A stretch of DNA of 64,000 nt from Pseudolabrys sp. (GCA_035701545.1 DASSRW010000077.1:688-64687), one strand, 5' to 3'; positions 1-10,032 are shown, numbered from the stretch's first letter. A program made the numbers and translations. The notes: generated by a model from the letters alone, not told the origin.

Positions 1-1
1 T

Positions 2-133
2 GAAGTGCCGCTGCGCCGCATGGGCCGATCGCAGGATTTCGGCAGGCTCGTCGCGGTATTGGCGTCCGACGTCGCCTCCTATGTGACCGGCGCGGCCGTT
101 TCCGTCGACGGCGGAAAGTCACGCGGATATTGA
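2..133 (+). CDS. 3' end of a short-chain dehydrogenase/reductase (partial, runs off window start)
   Basis: Manual translation EVPLRRMGRSQDFGRLVAVLASDVASYVTGAAVSVDGGKSRGY*; PLRRMG...ASYVTG...VDGG is the typical SDR C-terminus. Confidence 0.85.
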   Translation, partial: EVPLRRMGRSQDFGRLVAVLASDVASYVTGAAVSVDGGKSRGY

Positions 134-144
134 GGAACGAACCC

Positions 145-1782
145 GTGACGCAGACCACAAACCGTTTCGAGGGCGGCGACCTTGTCGTCCAGTCGCTGAA
201 GACACTGGGCGTGCGGCAAATCTTTTCGGTGTCCGGCGGCCCGCTGAACTCAATCTACAACGCCTGCGCCGCGCACGGCCTGCCGCTCCATCACACCCGC
301 CACGAGGCGGGCGCGTGCTTCATGGCCGAAGCGATTTCCCGTCTCACCGGCATTCCCGGAGTCGCCGCCGTCACGCTCGGGCCGGGCGTGACGAATACGG
401 TGACGCCTGCTTTGGTCTCGAAGATGGCCGGCACGCCGCTGCTGATTGTCGGCGCGCAAGCCAATACCCGCGCGTTCGACCGCGGCGCCGGCATGTCGGC
501 CGATCACATGCCGATCATGACGCCGGTCACGAAGTGGGCCGCCCGCGTCCTGAGCACGGAGCGCATTCCCGAATACATTGAGGCAGCCTGGCGCCACATG
601 TGGTCCGGCACGCCCGGCCCGGTCTTCCTCGAAATCCCGAGCAACATCTTGGCCGCCCCCGCGGTCGCAACACCGATCCGATCGTTCGAGCGCCGCTGGC
701 CCGGGCTTTCGTCTGCGGAAGCGGGGACGCTGATGGCAGCGATTGCGCGCGCAGAGCGGCCGCTGCTGCTCATCGGCGACGAAGCGCGCTGGGACGCGCC
801 GGCGAATCTCGCCGCACTGGTCGAGCGCATGCACCTGCCGTTCGCGCCATTGCGGCTCGCGCGCGGCGTCATCGACGAGGCGTCGCCGCTCTGCATCGGG
901 CCGGGCTATACGCCCTGCAACGGAACGCTCCGTCGCGCGCTGCGCGAAGCAGACCTGGTCATTCTGCTGGGTCACCATTTTGAATTCGACTTGTCGTTTG
1001 GAGATTCACTGGGCGCGCACACGCAAGTCATGCAGTGCGTTGCCAATGCGGAATTGCTGGGCCGCAACCGCAAGGCCGACTATGGCGCTATTGCTGCGCC
1101 CAGCGCCTTCGTCGAGGCGCTCATGGATGCGAAAGCGCCAAAGGTCGATCGGCGGTGGGTCGACGAACTCGCGTCCGAATGGCGCCGGGAGCGTGCGGCG
1201 CAGGTCGGGCCTGGTGAGGGCCTTCCGCTGCATCCTGTGCTCGCGATCGATGCCGTCGCCGCCGCGGTGCCGGAAGAGACCGTCTTCGTCACGTCGCACG
1301 GCAACGTCGATTTCTGGGCGGACGCGCGGCTGCAGATGAAAAAGCCGAATCTTTATTTGCGCGCGGGACAGTCCGGCGCGCTCGGCGCGGAGCTTCCCTA
1401 TGCCGTCGGGGCGCGCTTTGCCGATCCCGACCGTCCCGTCGTCGTTTTCGTCGGCGACGGCGGCATCGGCTACCACGTCACCGAGCTCGAGACCGCCGCG
1501 CGCTACAATCGGCCTGTCATCGTCGTTGTGCTGGAGGACCAGAAATGGGGCGCCATCGCCCTGCCGCAGCGGATGTCGTATGGCGGCGAATTTGAAATGG
1601 AGCTGCCGCGGCGCGATTGGGTGAAAGTCGTGGAAGGACTGGGCGGCTTTGGCGCACACGCGAACAGCACGGACGAGATCACGGATGCAATGAAACGCGT
1701 GCTGAAATCCGGAAAACCGTCGCTCGTCCAGATTCCGGTTCGCTCGGTCATAAGCCCCTACATGGAATTCATCTCGAAATAG
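145..1782 (+). CDS. ThDP-dependent enzyme (acetolactate synthase-like / 2-hydroxyacyl-CoA lyase-like)
   Basis: RHEAGA catalytic Glu motif, GPGVTN, GDGGIG ThDP motif; GTG at 145 with GAGGA upstream. Confidence 0.9.
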   Translation: MTQTTNRFEGGDLVVQSLKTLGVRQIFSVSGGPLNSIYNACAAHGLPLHHTRHEAGACFMAEAISRLTGIPGVAAVTLGPGVTNTVTPALVSKMAGTPLLIVGAQANTRAFDRGAGMSADHMPIMTPVTKWAARVLSTERIPEYIEAAWRHMWSGTPGPVFLEIPSNILAAPAVATPIRSFERRWPGLSSAEAGTLMAAIARAERPLLLIGDEARWDAPANLAALVERMHLPFAPLRLARGVIDEASPLCIGPGYTPCNGTLRRALREADLVILLGHHFEFDLSFGDSLGAHTQVMQCVANAELLGRNRKADYGAIAAPSAFVEALMDAKAPKVDRRWVDELASEWRRERAAQVGPGEGLPLHPVLAIDAVAAAVPEETVFVTSHGNVDFWADARLQMKKPNLYLRAGQSGALGAELPYAVGARFADPDRPVVVFVGDGGIGYHVTELETAARYNRPVIVVVLEDQKWGAIALPQRMSYGGEFEMELPRRDWVKVVEGLGGFGAHANSTDEITDAMKRVLKSGKPSLVQIPVRSVISPYMEFISK

Positions 1783-1788
1783 GAGCCC

Positions 1789-2130
1789 GTGATGAAAATC
1801 TGGCAGGAAAAGATGCCGGAAACGTTTACGCCGCCCGCCCATTTCGGCGGCCTCCAGGTGGCGAACGTATTTCCCTTCGAGAACGGAAATCTTTCGGTGC
1901 AGGTTTCGACGGCGCCGCCCGGCGCCGGCGGCGAAATGCATCACCACGATACGTGGTCGCAGGTGTTTTTCATCATGTCCGGCGAGCTGACGTTCGACAC
2001 CGGCAAGAGGCGCTTCACGCTGCGCGCCGGCGAGGGCGTGCTGTTCGAGCCCAAAGACCCGCACTTCACCCTCAATGAGGGAAAGCAGGACAGCGTCAGT
2101 CTTGTGGTGACCGTGAAGCACGAAAACTGA
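1789..2130 (+). CDS. Cupin-domain protein
   Basis: HHHDTWSQVFFIMSGEL and EPKDPH cupin motifs; AGGAG upstream. Confidence 0.85.
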   Translation: MMKIWQEKMPETFTPPAHFGGLQVANVFPFENGNLSVQVSTAPPGAGGEMHHHDTWSQVFFIMSGELTFDTGKRRFTLRAGEGVLFEPKDPHFTLNEGKQDSVSLVVTVKHEN

Positions 2131-2150
2131 TTTCGCGGGGCGGTGTTCCA

Positions 2151-2732
2151 ATGCGTATCGAACAACAGGTCTTCGTCGCGCGCCCGATCGACGAAGTCTG
2201 GCGTTTCCTCGCCGACGTGCCGGCCGTCGTCAGCTGCATTCCGGGCGCCGAACTGGGAGAGCGGCTGAGCGAAGACAGCTATCGCGGCTCCTTCCGGCTG
2301 AGGGTTGGAGCCCTCTCGGCCAAGATCGAGGGCGAGGGCACCGTGCACCGCGACGAGGCGAGCCGCAGCGGCAGCATCGAAGGCAAGGGCGCGGACCGGC
2401 GCGGCGGCTCGCGCGTGTCGACGACGATGTCTTATCGGGTCGAGGATGCGCCGGGAGGCGCTGTGGTCGCGATCGCAGCCGAGCTGAGCTTGTCGGGACA
2501 ACTCTGGCAGATCGGCCGCACCGGCCTGATCGAAGACGTGGCGAAACGGCTGACGGACGAGTTTGCCGAGGCGCTGGCGGCGCGATTGGCCGCCGATGCG
2601 CCCGCTTCCGCCCCGCGCGAAATGGCCGCGGCGGTTCAAACGAGCTTTGACGTTGGACGGGCGATTCGCGGAAGCATCTGGAGCCGTCTTGCGGTGTGGG
2701 TTCGGCGGCTATTTGGAGGCGCGGGCCGGTAG
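2151..2732 (+). CDS. coxG: CoxG/SRPBCC family protein
   Basis: VWRFLADVPAVVSCIPGAEL N-terminal signature; amphipathic C-terminal tail. Confidence 0.85.
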   Translation: MRIEQQVFVARPIDEVWRFLADVPAVVSCIPGAELGERLSEDSYRGSFRLRVGALSAKIEGEGTVHRDEASRSGSIEGKGADRRGGSRVSTTMSYRVEDAPGGAVVAIAAELSLSGQLWQIGRTGLIEDVAKRLTDEFAEALAARLAADAPASAPREMAAAVQTSFDVGRAIRGSIWSRLAVWVRRLFGGAGR

Positions 2733-2811
2733 GCGGCCGCGGCGGCACGTTGAAAGCCGGTTCGAGACTCATGCTAATGGATTTCGGTGGGCGAACGAGG
2801 AAGGCAAGCGC

Positions 2812-3561
2812 ATGGCCAGGCGGACGATTTCGCTGAAGGCACGAAAGGGCGGCCTCGATCCGCAAAAGCGCGACGGCGGCCGCCGCGTTTCGCGCTCGGA
2901 GGATTTGCTGCATCGCCTCGAAGAAGAGATCTTTCTCGGCAAGCTGCAGCCGGGCGCGCGGCTGGACGAAAAGCTGTTGGCCGATCGATTCAAGGTGTCC
3001 CGGACGCCGGTGCGCGAGGCGTTGTGGCATCTGGCCTCCAGCGGCCTTGTCGAAATGCGCCGCCACCATGGCGCGATCGTGAAGAAGCTGACGCTGGTCG
3101 AGCTGATCGAGATGTTTCAGGTGATGGCCGAGCTGGAAGGCCTGTGCGCGCGGCTCTCGGCGCGCCGCATGACGCTCGCCGAGCGCAAGCAGCTTCGCCA
3201 GATACAGAAAGCCGGCGCAAAGATGGTTGCCACCCAGAACTTCGAGGGATTTTTCGAGAACAACAACGAGTTTCACGAAGCAATTTTCGTCGGCAGCAAG
3301 AACGCGTTTTTGCAGCAGGAGGCGCGCCGGCTTCGCAGCCGCGTCAATCCGCATCGCCGCTACATTACGTATCAGCCGGGCCGGATGCAGAAGTCGCTCG
3401 AGGAGCATGAGACGATCATCGAGGCGATCGAGCGAAACGACGATTCCGAGGCGCAGCGCCTCATGCGGGACCACGTCAACATGCTGGGCGAGGTGGTGGC
3501 CGATTTCATTGCCTCGCTCTCGGGCGGCGCGCATCAGGACGAAGAATACAAGATCAAATAA
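2812..3561 (+). CDS. GntR family regulator with FCD domain
   Basis: LQPGARLDE...FKVSRTPVREAL HTH; NNEFHEAI and LEEHETIIEAI FCD motifs; ATG 2812 after GAGGAAGG. Confidence 0.92.
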   Translation: MARRTISLKARKGGLDPQKRDGGRRVSRSEDLLHRLEEEIFLGKLQPGARLDEKLLADRFKVSRTPVREALWHLASSGLVEMRRHHGAIVKKLTLVELIEMFQVMAELEGLCARLSARRMTLAERKQLRQIQKAGAKMVATQNFEGFFENNNEFHEAIFVGSKNAFLQQEARRLRSRVNPHRRYITYQPGRMQKSLEEHETIIEAIERNDDSEAQRLMRDHVNMLGEVVADFIASLSGGAHQDEEYKIK

Positions 3562-3701
3562 AAGCGGCGGCGAATTCCGGCTCCAGGAATGCGCGATCTG
3601 AATAACTGTCATCCTGGCGCCACGTCAGAAGCCTGTTGGCGGCCGGGCGCCCCGCTGGCATTGTGCGCATCGCGGCGGCGGCGCGACTGGAGCACCACCG
3701 G

Positions 3702-5312
3702 ATGACCACCACTGTCGAAATTCTTGCCGCGGCCTTCAAGGACGCCGGCACGCCCTTCATCGTCGGTCACCCGGGCGGCGAGTCGGTCGAATTGATGGAA
3801 GCGGCGCGCCGGCGCCAGATGCGCTTCATGCTGATGAAGCAGGAGGTCGCGGGCGCGATGCTGGCCGCGACCTGGGGCGACCTCACCGGCAGCCCCGGCG
3901 TCTGCCTTTCCACGCGCGGGCCCGGCGCGACCAACATGGTCAATGGCGTCGCGCACGCATTTCTCGACCGCTCGCCGCTGATCGCGATCACCGATGCATA
4001 CTCGCGTCCGACCTATGAAACGGGATTGCGCCAACGCATCAACCAGAACGCGGTCTATGAGCCGATCGTGAAATGGAGCACGACTATCGATGCGAAGGTC
4101 GTGCGCCAGCAGGTGCGGCGCGCGCTGCGCGTTGCGACCGGCATGCCGCCGGGGCCGGTCCATTTCGAATTTCCGCAAAGCGAGACGACGCGCGAGGCGG
4201 GAGACTACGTAGCCGAGCCGCCGCTCGTGCCGACATGGATCGTGCCCGGTCCCGACCGCGCCGATTTGAAGCCCGCGCTCGATATTCTCAATCGCGCGCG
4301 GCGGCCGATTGTGATCGCCGGCCTCGGCGTTTACTGGTGCAACGCGTCGGCGGAATTCGTGCAATTCGCGGAGCGGCTCGGCGCGCCCGTGCTCACCACG
4401 ACCAAATGCAAAGGCATGATCCCGGAGGATCATCCGCTGCGCGCCGGCTGCATCATCGGCGGCCTGATCGAGCGCAAGCTGGTGATGGAATCCGATCTCA
4501 TTATTACCATCGGTCTCGACGCGGTCGAATTGCAGCCGAAGCCGTGGCCCTACAAGCTGCCGGTGCTGGCGCTCTCGTCGGTGCCGAGCCTCGACGCGCT
4601 GGTGCCGGCCGATCCCGAGATTGTCGGCGACCTGAAAGCGCTGCTCGGCGCGCTGGCGAAATGGGCGCCGGAAGGCGCGAACTGGGGCGAGAAAGCCGCC
4701 AGGAATTTTCGCGACGAGGTGCGCGACGCGCTCAACACGCCGGCGAAGGGGCTTTCGCCGCAGCGCGCGATGGAAGTGGCGCGCGCGGTGCTGCCGCGCG
4801 ACACGATTGCGACGTGTGACGCCGGTGCCAGTCGTCTGCTGGTCGTGCAGAAATGGGAGTCTTACGGCCCGCACGAATTTTTGACCTCGAACGGCCTCGC
4901 CTCGATGGGCTATGCCGTTCCGGGCGCGATGGCGGCGCGCATCGCCTACAAGGATCGCCCGGTGGTCGCTTTCACCGGCGACGGCGGCTTCCTGATGACC
5001 GTGGCCGAATTGCAGACCGCGCAACGCGAAGGACTGCCGATCATCGTGCTGGTGTTCGATGACCGAGAGATCGGTCTCATTCGCGTCAAGCAGGAGATCA
5101 AGGGCATTCCGCTGCACGGCGTGCAGTTGGGCGGTGTCGACTGGGAGAAGCTGGCGCAGGCTTTCGGTGCGGACGGCATCGTGGTCGAGACGGAGCAGGC
5201 GCTAAGCAACGCGCTTTCGGCAGCCGTCAAATCCAATCGCACCACGGTGATCGCAGCCCATATCGATCCGTCGGGCTACGTGGCGCAATTTAATGCATTG
5301 CGTGAGCTTTGA
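3702..5312 (+). CDS. Second ThDP-dependent enzyme (acetolactate synthase large subunit-like)
   Basis: KQEVAGA, RGPGATN, GLASMGYAVPGAMAA, GDGGFLM; ATG 3702 after GGAG. Confidence 0.9.
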   Translation: MTTTVEILAAAFKDAGTPFIVGHPGGESVELMEAARRRQMRFMLMKQEVAGAMLAATWGDLTGSPGVCLSTRGPGATNMVNGVAHAFLDRSPLIAITDAYSRPTYETGLRQRINQNAVYEPIVKWSTTIDAKVVRQQVRRALRVATGMPPGPVHFEFPQSETTREAGDYVAEPPLVPTWIVPGPDRADLKPALDILNRARRPIVIAGLGVYWCNASAEFVQFAERLGAPVLTTTKCKGMIPEDHPLRAGCIIGGLIERKLVMESDLIITIGLDAVELQPKPWPYKLPVLALSSVPSLDALVPADPEIVGDLKALLGALAKWAPEGANWGEKAARNFRDEVRDALNTPAKGLSPQRAMEVARAVLPRDTIATCDAGASRLLVVQKWESYGPHEFLTSNGLASMGYAVPGAMAARIAYKDRPVVAFTGDGGFLMTVAELQTAQREGLPIIVLVFDDREIGLIRVKQEIKGIPLHGVQLGGVDWEKLAQAFGADGIVVETEQALSNALSAAVKSNRTTVIAAHIDPSGYVAQFNALREL

Positions 5313-5315
5313 CCG

Positions 5316-6119
5316 TCAGGCCGACCGCAGGCCGTCGCGGATGCCGCTCGTCCATTTCGAAGCTGCAGCAGCGAGAAACCCGATGTCCGATTGCGTGGTG
5401 ATGAACTGGCAGCCGCGCTTGATGATTTCGACCTGACGTTCCACGTTGCGGTTCCCGCCGCACCCGGCCCATTTCCCATGCTTGCGGCAGGCGGCAATCA
5501 CGCGCTCCTGCGCATCGAGGATAGCCGGATCGTCGAACTGTCCGGGCTTGCCCATATTGGCGAGCAGATCGTTGCTGCCGAGATGGATCACGTCGACGCC
5601 GTCGGTTGCGGCGATGGCATCCACGTTCTCAAGTCCTTCGACGGTTTCGACCATGCAGACCAGCAGGCAACTGTCGTTCAACTGCGGCACACTCGTCTTC
5701 AGCGGTACGGAGCGATAGTCGAAGTGTGGATAGCCGCCCGAGACCGAGCGTCTGCCTATGGGTGCGAACTTGCAAACGTCAACTGCTTTGCGCGCCTGCG
5801 CGGCCGTGTTCACGTCCGGATAGACGATGCCCATCGCGCCGTTGTCGAGCATCAGCGACACATCGGGATCATCGATACCGCGCACCCGCACCAGCGGCGC
5901 GATACCGCAGGATATGGCGGTGCTGACCACGTGCCCGATCGTCTCGATGTTGAACATCGAGTGCTGGCAATCGATGAAGATGAAATCGTGTCCGGTCGCC
6001 TTGGCGATACGGGCGATATCGCCGGAACGGCCAAGCCGCACCGGCATGCCAAGCGCGACATCGCCGGCCTTCAGGCGCTCCTTCGCAGGGTTGACAAGCG
6101 TCTCCGCTGAAGACGTCAT
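5316..6119 (-). CDS. HpcH/HpaI aldolase/citrate lyase family protein
   Basis: FIDCQHS, PLVRV, LDNGAMG, MVETVEGLENVDAIAA, HLGSNDL. Confidence 0.88.
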   Translation of the reverse strand: MTSSAETLVNPAKERLKAGDVALGMPVRLGRSGDIARIAKATGHDFIFIDCQHSMFNIETIGHVVSTAISCGIAPLVRVRGIDDPDVSLMLDNGAMGIVYPDVNTAAQARKAVDVCKFAPIGRRSVSGGYPHFDYRSVPLKTSVPQLNDSCLLVCMVETVEGLENVDAIAATDGVDVIHLGSNDLLANMGKPGQFDDPAILDAQERVIAACRKHGKWAGCGGNRNVERQVEIIKRGCQFITTQSDIGFLAAAASKWTSGIRDGLRSA

Positions 6120-6149
6120 GACGTGCACGCGATTTGTGTTGGCGGGTGG

Positions 6150-7082
6150 TCAGGCCACACGGCCGAGGGGCTCGCGGCCTTCCAGCGCTTCGAACAACTG
6201 CTGCGCCACCAGCATGGAGCTGCGGATCTGCGTCTCGTAGGTGCCGGCGGCAGCGTGCGGCGTCGAAACGATGGTCGGCAGCTTGACCAGCGGGTTGGAT
6301 GTCGTCGGCGGCTCCTTTTCAAACACGTCGAGGCCGGCGCCGAACAGCCGGCCACCCGTGATGGCATCGTAGAGCGCACGCTCGTCGACGATGCCGCCGC
6401 GCGCCGCATTCACGAGAATGGCCGATGGCTTCATCATGGCCAGCGCCGCCGCATCGATCATGCGGCGGCTTTCGTCGGTCAATGGCAGATGCAGCGTGAG
6501 GATGTCGACCTGCGGCAGCATTTCGGCAAGCGAGCTCACGCGCTGATGCGGCGTGTCCGACAGAACATCCGGCCCGACGTAGGGATCGTAGGCGAGAATG
6601 CGCGCATTGAACGCGCCGTGCCACTTGCGCGCCACCCGCGTGCCGATATTGCCGATGCCGACGATGCCGACCGTCTTATGCCAGGATTCCATCCCGAGGA
6701 AATCCGCGCGTTCGACCACTTCTCCGGAACGGATGCGCCGATCGAATTCGCCGATCCGCCGCCCGACGGCAAGCGCCAGCGCGAGCGCGTGCTCGGCAAC
6801 CGCCTCGCTGTTCACCCCGGGTGTGCGGCAAACGGTGATCCCGCGCGCCTTCGCCGCCGCAAGGTCGATGTTGTCGAGGCCGACACCTTGCTTCGAGATC
6901 ACCCGAAGCCTTTTCGTCCGCGCAATGTCGTCCGCCCTGATTTTCGACGAGCGCACCATGATGCCGTCGGCGTCATCGTGCCAGTTTTTGACCCGCGGAT
7001 CGTTCGGGCGGATGACCTCGGCCCGCTGTTCGGCAAATTCAATGCCGGCTGGATGAAAGGAATCGAGCACGTAGATCTTCAT
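6150..7082 (-). CDS. D-isomer-specific 2-hydroxyacid dehydrogenase (SerA-like catalytic domain, no ACT)
   Basis: GIVGIGNIG, VNAARGGIVDE, GLDVFEKEP, TPHAA. Confidence 0.92.
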   Translation of the reverse strand: MKIYVLDSFHPAGIEFAEQRAEVIRPNDPRVKNWHDDADGIMVRSSKIRADDIARTKRLRVISKQGVGLDNIDLAAAKARGITVCRTPGVNSEAVAEHALALALAVGRRIGEFDRRIRSGEVVERADFLGMESWHKTVGIVGIGNIGTRVARKWHGAFNARILAYDPYVGPDVLSDTPHQRVSSLAEMLPQVDILTLHLPLTDESRRMIDAAALAMMKPSAILVNAARGGIVDERALYDAITGGRLFGAGLDVFEKEPPTTSNPLVKLPTIVSTPHAAAGTYETQIRSSMLVAQQLFEALEGREPLGRVA

Positions 7083-7130
7083 TCGCTGGCTCCTCGCCGC
7101 GGTTGATACGAGTTTTGGAAGTGACAGACT

Positions 7131-8162
7131 TCAGCTGCCTTTGAGGTCGTGTGACTCCGGCATGTACATGTCTTTCCACGAGGCCGGCAATTTCTTGATG
7201 CTGCCGACCTTGTGCATGAATTCGGCGTAGACCATCGAGTGCTGCGGCGTCGTCGTCCAGACGTTCTCCGGATCGGCGATCATGTTGGTCATCTCCGCGG
7301 GCGTGCTGCGTTTCTCGTGCGCGGCCTTGATGTAAATTTCGGCCGCCTGGCCGTGGTTCTTGGTGATGAACTCTTCCGCTTCGCTCAAGGCGGCATAGAC
7401 CGCCTGCGTGACCTTCGGATTCGCGTCGCGGAATTTCTTCGACATGATCATCACGCCGTTGGTCGTTGGGCCGCCGAGCGTCTGATAGGAGGTCAGCACC
7501 TTGTGCACGCCGGGAGTTGCCAGCTCGTAGTAATAGAACGGCGCGACGGCGTAGTGGCTGTTGACCTCGTTCGCCTTCGACATCACCGCCGCGGCGGCAT
7601 CGGGGTGAGCGCGCGTGATCGTCAGTGAATCGAGCTTGGCGTAGTTGTTTTGACCCCACGCCTTGGCGGCGGCCATTTCCAGGCAGATCGCCTGGCTCGA
7701 GACTTTGACCGCCGGCACGGCGATCTTGTCGTGCTCGTTGAAGTCCTTGACGCTCCTGATGTTGGGGCGATTGGTGACCAGCACGTAGGGCATCGATTGC
7801 ACGGCCGACAGCGCGCGCACCTCGTTGGGCGTGCCCGCGGTCTTGGCCCAGAGCGTCGCCAGTCCCGGCACGCCGGTCACGCCGAAGTTCATCTGGCCGC
7901 TCAGCAGCGCATCGATCAGCGACTGCGTGCCACCCAGCCGCTTGTAGGTCGGTGACAGAGAGGTGATGCCGACCTTTTGCGCATGCTTCTGAACGAGCTG
8001 GAGCTCGTTCATCACCATCAGCGGCAGGTACGGCAATCCGTATTGGCTGACCAGCACCACGCTCGATACTTCATCGGCAAAGGCGGAGCGTCTCAGGGCC
8101 GGCATCGTCAGAACGGCCGGAGCCGCCGCCAGTGCTTTGCAGAAATCACGCCTGCGCATCAT
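7131..8162 (-). CDS. NitT/TauT-type ABC substrate-binding protein with twin-arginine-like signal
   Basis: MMRRRDFCK signal; QYGLPYLP motif; co-oriented with permease and ATPase. Confidence 0.88.
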   Translation of the reverse strand: MMRRRDFCKALAAAPAVLTMPALRRSAFADEVSSVVLVSQYGLPYLPLMVMNELQLVQKHAQKVGITSLSPTYKRLGGTQSLIDALLSGQMNFGVTGVPGLATLWAKTAGTPNEVRALSAVQSMPYVLVTNRPNIRSVKDFNEHDKIAVPAVKVSSQAICLEMAAAKAWGQNNYAKLDSLTITRAHPDAAAAVMSKANEVNSHYAVAPFYYYELATPGVHKVLTSYQTLGGPTTNGVMIMSKKFRDANPKVTQAVYAALSEAEEFITKNHGQAAEIYIKAAHEKRSTPAEMTNMIADPENVWTTTPQHSMVYAEFMHKVGSIKKLPASWKDMYMPESHDLKGS

Positions 8163-8198
8163 TTTTTCTCCCGTTGTTTGCCGCCGGAGGCCGCCCGA

Positions 8199-9065
8199 TC
8201 AGGTCTGCATGCCCCAGCGTTGGACCGTTCTGGTTTCGATCAAACGAAACACGATGTTCTCGATCGCCAGCCCGATGATGATGATCGTCAGCAGGCCTGC
8301 GAACACTTCCGGAATGTTGAGCTGGTTCTTGCTTTCGAAGATGTACCAGCCGAGGCCGCCCTGGCCGGAGGAGACGCCGAACACCAGCTCCGCGGCGATC
8401 AGCGTGCGCCATGCAAAGGCCCAGCCGATTTTCAGGCCGGCGAGGATGCTGGGGAAGGCGGCCGGAATCAAAATCTTGGCGACGAAGCGCAGCCCGTTGA
8501 GATTGTAGTTGCGCCCCACCATGCGCGCGGTCGCCGAAACGCCGCGAAAGCCGGCGAGCATGTTGAGGGCGACCGCCCACATGACCGAATGCACGAGCAC
8601 GAACACAAGGCTGCCGATGCCGAGGCCGAACCAGATCAGCGCCAGCGGCAAAAGGGCAATCGCCGGCAGCGGGTTGAACATCGCGGTGACCGTCTCGAGG
8701 AAATCCGTCCCGATGCGCGTGCTGATCGCAAATATCGTCAGCAGGCCGGCGAGCACGGTGCCGGTCGCGTAGCCGATCAGCAGAACCTGGATCGAGCTCA
8801 GCGCGCGCGCCGGAATCGTGCCGTTGCCGACGTCGCGCGCCATCGCCCGAAGCGTTTCGCTCAGCGTCGGCACCAGCAGCGGATTGTCGAGCCAGCGGGC
8901 ATAGAGCTCCCACGCCAGGGCCAGCACGACGAGGATGAAAATTTTCCGCAGCCAGCTTTGATTGTAGACCTTTTCGGCCAGCGTCAGCGGCTTCTCGACG
9001 ATGCCGAATTGATCGGCGCCGAGCGTGTCGCAATAGATGTTCGGCCGCTCAACGGCTTTGAGCAT
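8199..9065 (-). CDS. NitT/TauT-type ABC permease
   Basis: PLPAIALLPLALIWFGLG, ILAGLKIGWAFAWRTLIAAELV. Confidence 0.92.
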   Translation of the reverse strand: MLKAVERPNIYCDTLGADQFGIVEKPLTLAEKVYNQSWLRKIFILVVLALAWELYARWLDNPLLVPTLSETLRAMARDVGNGTIPARALSSIQVLLIGYATGTVLAGLLTIFAISTRIGTDFLETVTAMFNPLPAIALLPLALIWFGLGIGSLVFVLVHSVMWAVALNMLAGFRGVSATARMVGRNYNLNGLRFVAKILIPAAFPSILAGLKIGWAFAWRTLIAAELVFGVSSGQGGLGWYIFESKNQLNIPEVFAGLLTIIIIGLAIENIVFRLIETRTVQRWGMQT

Positions 9066-9930
9066 TCGTCGTCTCCTCGACCTGGTCGGCGAACAGCATC
9101 TGATGGATTTCGCGGCCGAGCGCGGCGGCTTCGTCCGAGTTCTCCCGCCCGCGCGGCACGCTGTTGATCTCGGCCTTCACCTGTCCGGGATGAGGCGACA
9201 GCAGCAGGATACGGCTGCCGATCTTGATCGCTTCCGGGATGGAATGGGTGACGAACAGCACCGTGAAATTCGTCTCGTCCCAGAGCGCGAGCAGCTCGTC
9301 CTGCATGCGCGTGCGCGTGAGCGCATCGAGGGCGGCGAAAGGCTCGTCCATCAGCAGGATGTCCGGCTCCATCGCCATGCCGCGGGCGATGGCGACACGC
9401 TGCTTCATACCGCCGGACAGCATGTGCGGATAGCTGTTGATGAAGCCGGCGAGATTGACCTTCTCGATATAGTGCATCGCGCGCTCATGCGCGGCTTTGC
9501 CTTGCAGCTTGCCGGTCGTCTTGAGCGGGAAGGCGACGTTCTCGAGCACCGTCTTCCACGGCAGCAGCTGATCGAACTCCTGGAAGACCATGATGCGGTC
9601 GGGCCCGGGCTTGCGGATCGCTTCGCCCTTCAGCCTGATCTCGCCCTCGGTCGGCTGCAGATAGCCGCCGACCGCCTTCAGGATGGTCGACTTGCCGCAG
9701 CCGGAAGGGCCGAGCACGACAAAACGATCGCCCTGCAAGACCTTGAAGCCGACTCGATAGGTCGCGGTGATCAGATGCTGCTGCGTCTTGTATTGCAGCG
9801 TGACGCCGCGCACATCGAGCAGCGACTCCGCGGCACCGGATTTCGCGTCGGTGCGCGAGGAGATTCCGTCTCTGGCTGGTCCCGCGCCTGAAAAGGCAGG
9901 GCTCGATGCGAGCGTCGCGCCCCTCGCCAT
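9049..9930 (-). CDS. NitT/TauT-type ABC ATP-binding protein
   Basis: GPSGCGKST, LSGGMKQR, LLMDEPFAALD; start placed at MARGATL after GGAGG. Confidence 0.92.
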   Translation of the reverse strand: MARGATLASSPAFSGAGPARDGISSRTDAKSGAAESLLDVRGVTLQYKTQQHLITATYRVGFKVLQGDRFVVLGPSGCGKSTILKAVGGYLQPTEGEIRLKGEAIRKPGPDRIMVFQEFDQLLPWKTVLENVAFPLKTTGKLQGKAAHERAMHYIEKVNLAGFINSYPHMLSGGMKQRVAIARGMAMEPDILLMDEPFAALDALTRTRMQDELLALWDETNFTVLFVTHSIPEAIKIGSRILLLSPHPGQVKAEINSVPRGRENSDEAAALGREIHQMLFADQVEETTNAQSR

Positions 9931-9996
9931 CAGCTTATGCCTCCCACCTTCACGTTTTCCGTTTTTTGTCCGAGACTTGGCGCCTGTCGGGCATCT

Positions 9997-10015
9997 GTCC
10001 AATAATAATTTGGAC
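9997..10015. promoter_or_regulatory. Candidate operator GTCCAA-TAATAAT-TTGGAC upstream of the ABC operon
   Basis: Perfect 6-bp inverted repeat with AT-only spacer in the 9931-10032 intergenic gap. Confidence 0.4.
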
Positions 10016-10032
10016 GGTTTCCATAAGCCTGT

